DNA from: Piromyces finnis finn
Lineage: Eukaryota; Fungi; Neocallimastigomycota
DNA length: 64,000 nt
Assembly: GCA_002104945.1 (NCBI GenBank)
Contig: MCFH01000011.1
Coordinates: 248,001-312,000, forward strand
Direction of reading: 5' to 3'
The notes beneath the pieces are model-generated. The model did no database searches, was not told the origin of the DNA, and was given only the letters and a program-made list of their open reading frames with translations. The first letter of the stretch is position 1; each line of letters starts with the position of its first letter. The position numbers and the translations under genes were made by a program. Below are positions 60,502 to 64,000 of this stretch, in pieces.

Positions 60502-63500
60502 TTACATAAAGGACTTTGAAAAAGAATAAAAGTATTCGGGTATAGATTTTCCTAAATTAAAGGAAACTTGTACAATATCACCTAAAAATAATAAAATTTT
60601 ATAAAAATTTGGATTTTTTGAGTTATTGTTTTTTTTTTTAATATTTTTTTAATTTAGTTATTATTATTATTATTATTTTTCTTTTTTAATAAAAAATATT
60701 TACCTGATACACTTATAAGTGCATATTTTTTCATGCCTTCTTCAATTACATTTTTATCAAATCGATAAGCTAATATACAGTTACCACCTAATGCAATGGC
60801 ATGTGCTCTTGATATTGAATTAACTTCAGTTAATAAGCGATATGAAAAACCACCCAAATCATTGAAATTACTTTCACTCATGTGAGCATCTTTAACAAAA
60901 TGTAGAGAAAGTTTTCCAAGATAACGTTCAATAGTTGCACCTGGTAATGTAGAAAGTGGCGTTATTTCTGCATAATAAGTATCTCTCATTTTAATAGGTT
61001 TTAAAATACTTTCAATTTCATTAAGGTCTCTTGATGTTTCAACGATTAAGTTATTGTTACTGGTTTCCTTTGTTTTTTTATTTAAAGTACTTACAGTTTT
61101 AATACTCTTTAATTCAGGTTCATTTTTAAGATTATTTGTAGAAATACTATCATTGTCATCTATTTCTTTTTTAACTTTTTCAATTTCTGTTATTTCATTA
61201 CTATTACTATTATCATTTAAATTTATATTTGTATTATTAACATTAGATTTTTTATTCATTAATTCAATTTTTGAATAGGAGCTCATACATAATGAATTAC
61301 ATGTTGAGTCATTTTCATTTTCACTATTGGAAAAAGACTTCATTGCGCTTGATCGTTTCTTTTTAGAACCAAAGCAGTTAAGTTGTTTAAGACTGTCTTT
61401 CTCAAATGAACTTATTGATTTTCCAATTGAGTGAAGAACTCTTGATGACCTTCTTATTGGATTTGAAATAGAAATTGTCTTTGATGGTATATCCTTAAAT
61501 GATTTAACCTTATTATTATCCTCCATTGGTTCCATTTGAAATATTAAATCGTTTTCATCACTATTATATGCATCATCATCTTCATCAGAGGTATAAAATT
61601 CATCAAATAAAAGAAGATGATTACTATTGCCTCTGCGATAACAAATAGCTACACCTGTTATATGAATTTGAACTTCAAAACTTTCTATTATTTGAACATC
61701 ATATTCTATTCCTGTTACTAAACATGGTTGAATATAAGCTAATCTAAATTCAATTTCTTGGTGTATTTCTTTTAAAATATTAGAAAACTGGCTGTTTAAT
61801 GAATTTGATGGATTTAAAAAGTATTGCTTTATTATGGAGAAATATTGAGTGGAATCATATGTTAAGTCCCAGAAATTATTAGTTTTTCCAGGGAAACTTT
61901 CAATATTCATCATTTGAAAGTTTTTACTACTTTCATCTTGTGATAATAATGTCAGTAGTTCTTCATCGATATCATCAACAATTTGAACTGTAATTTTGGA
62001 TTGAATACGATCAGATTCAAAATCAGAATCTGTATCAGAACTCGATGAACTTGATGAATTGTCATCATTATTATTTCCTAACATTTTATTTTCATCAATT
62101 GGCTCTTCCAGTGAAAATTGATTAGAATTTGGTATATCCATATTTCGAGAATTATCAGAGTGTAGTAATGCTTTGTATTCTTGAATTAATTGTTCAATAT
62201 TATTCAAGTTTTTATTACAAGTTTGAACAATATTTTGCTGTAATTCATAGAGCTTTACATCTTCTGAATCCTCAGATATTGGTAAGCTTCTAGAGATTTT
62301 AAGTGGAGTTGGAATAGGAAGAGCGTATAAAAATAAACCAGTACCAACAGCTGTAGCAATTAACATTGATTCCCCGATTGATATATTAAATTTCAACCCA
62401 AATATTGAATTTACACCATATATTTGCATTTTATATAAAAGTTGTCTATGTAAATCATACTGAATAAATGGTAATGCATCACTAACTTGAGCTGCATTTA
62501 ATTCACCATCTTTCCTCTTTTTGTGTCTACAAACTTGTGCTTCAATAAGATGACCTGGACCAATTGTCTCTATATCACTTGGTGGTTCAATTGTTAATAA
62601 TAACATTTCTGGAACAAACTTCTTTTTACAACAATTACATTTTGTATAATTCATTGTTGCAGCATATGGCCCATTTAATCTATTAAATGATACATGGCAC
62701 AAACGGCAACCTGAGAATAATATATGTAATTAAATAATATATATTAATTAAGCAAAAACAATAACAAATAATTTTTAAGTGTTAAAACAAAAATGAATTG
62801 ACTTTATGGTTTAAAAAAATTTTTTTAAAAAAAAATAATAAATATTTTAATTACTTTTTTTTTTCCTTTTTTCACGTAATTTTTGATATATTGATTCATT
62901 GTATGATACTGATTTTTTAGGTGAATAACGAGATGAATGTTTTGAGGTTTGAGATACAAAAGTATTATAAGACATATTTTCATATGGGGCGTTATTATCA
63001 CCATTTCTTATACTTGATTCATATTTAAAAATATCTTCAGAATCAAAATTTTCTAAAACAGATTGATCTAAAACGGCAGCTGTTCCTGAAGCTGACAAAA
63101 TACATAATTCGTCTTTAATTGCTGTTGTTTCAGTATATCCTATTTTGTTTTCATTATTATTATTTATTTATTTATTTTAAAAATACAAATATATTTACAC
63201 ATATGATAATCAATATATATATATATTAAAATTTATTTATTTATTTATTTTTTTTAATAATCAATAGCATAAAATATATATAATATTACAAACCTATTAC
63301 ATGAGTACAATTTAATGATCTTGCATGAAGTCTTATTTCTTCGCGAAGTTCAGTCCACCATATTTCACGAATTTCTACATGGTCATTATCAATAAGTTTA
63401 ATGCAACGAGAAGCAACAATACCACTTGTTGATATTATTGCACATGATGGGAAATATTTCATTGTAAGAATTTGTTTTTCCAATGTTTTAAAATTACTAC

Positions 63501-64000
63501 GTTGAATTAAATTATATGGTGTAGTATTTTCAAATGAATGCTTTAAATCAGAGTATGAAGCTTCATCATCAGATGATGTAGATGAGGATGAAGATGAGGA
63601 TGAAGATGAAGATGAAGAAGAAGTGGAAGTGGAAGTAGAAGAAGAGGAAGAGGAAGAAGATGAGGTTGATGTAGAAGAAGAAGAGGAAGAAGAGTGATGA
63701 TGTTTTTTATGATATTTTGATTTATGCTTTTTTGTAGATACACTATGTTTTGAATGATCATTTATAGTTTCTTTTTTATTTTTCTCTTCATTATTAATTG
63801 AATGTTTGATATTTTCTGATAATGTGCTTCTTAAATTATTACTTTCTATTGATTCTTTTAATAAAGAAACATCATTTGTTGATTTACTTTCTTGTTTCAT
63901 TTCTGGTTTCGATATTTGTAAATTATTGTTTGGAAGGGATTTAATGTTGCTTCCAATTTTATCACTCTCATTATTAATTTTATAATTTTCTTTACCGCTA
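60502..64000 (-). CDS. C2CD5: C2CD5/CDP138 (KIAA0528)-like protein, 3' part; the 5' end lies beyond the window
   Basis: SGIVASRCIKL, REIWWTELREEIRLHARSLNCTHVIG|YTETTAI...LSASGTAA, CRLCHV..CNCCKKKFVPEMLLLTIEPP, SDALPFIQYDLHRQLLYKMQIYGVNSIFGL, IERYLGKLSLHFVK, EVNSISRAHAIALGGNCILAY. The frame stays open to the window edge; the last exon is 60581-60502. Family call from recalled similarity. Confidence 0.8.

Overview
Extremely AT-rich, intron-rich eukaryotic DNA. The poly-Asn tracts, (ATT)n/(AAAT)n microsatellites, short GT-AG introns and fungal-type proteins best fit an anaerobic gut fungus (Neocallimastigomycota); this assignment is an inference. All gene models were spliced by hand and no database search was run. 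In order, the window holds: a small orphan type-I membrane protein; an auxilin/Swa2-like UBA-TPR-J protein; GMP synthase; PRPP synthetase; an orphan ORF; a degenerate PIG-Z/Smp3-like mannosyltransferase; a U2 snRNA gene; a basic orphan ORF; a coilin homologue; a giant (~3,800 aa) winged-helix + SET protein; a SAM + HMG-box protein with a huge poly-Asn region; RNA Pol I/III subunit AC40; an Abp1/drebrin-like protein; an atypical G-alpha; Cwc15; a cyclophilin; and the 3' part of a C2CD5-like gene. The most striking observation is the SET protein. One 10.6-kb exon encodes ~23 tandem 80-135 aa units, each carrying a G-M-V-L-R-K/R-R-T motif. The motif resembles the nucleosome acidic-patch anchors of KSHV LANA, IL-33 and foamy-virus Gag, so the protein may be a multivalent chromatin tether. 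No prokaryotic features, CRISPR array or intact transposon were seen.
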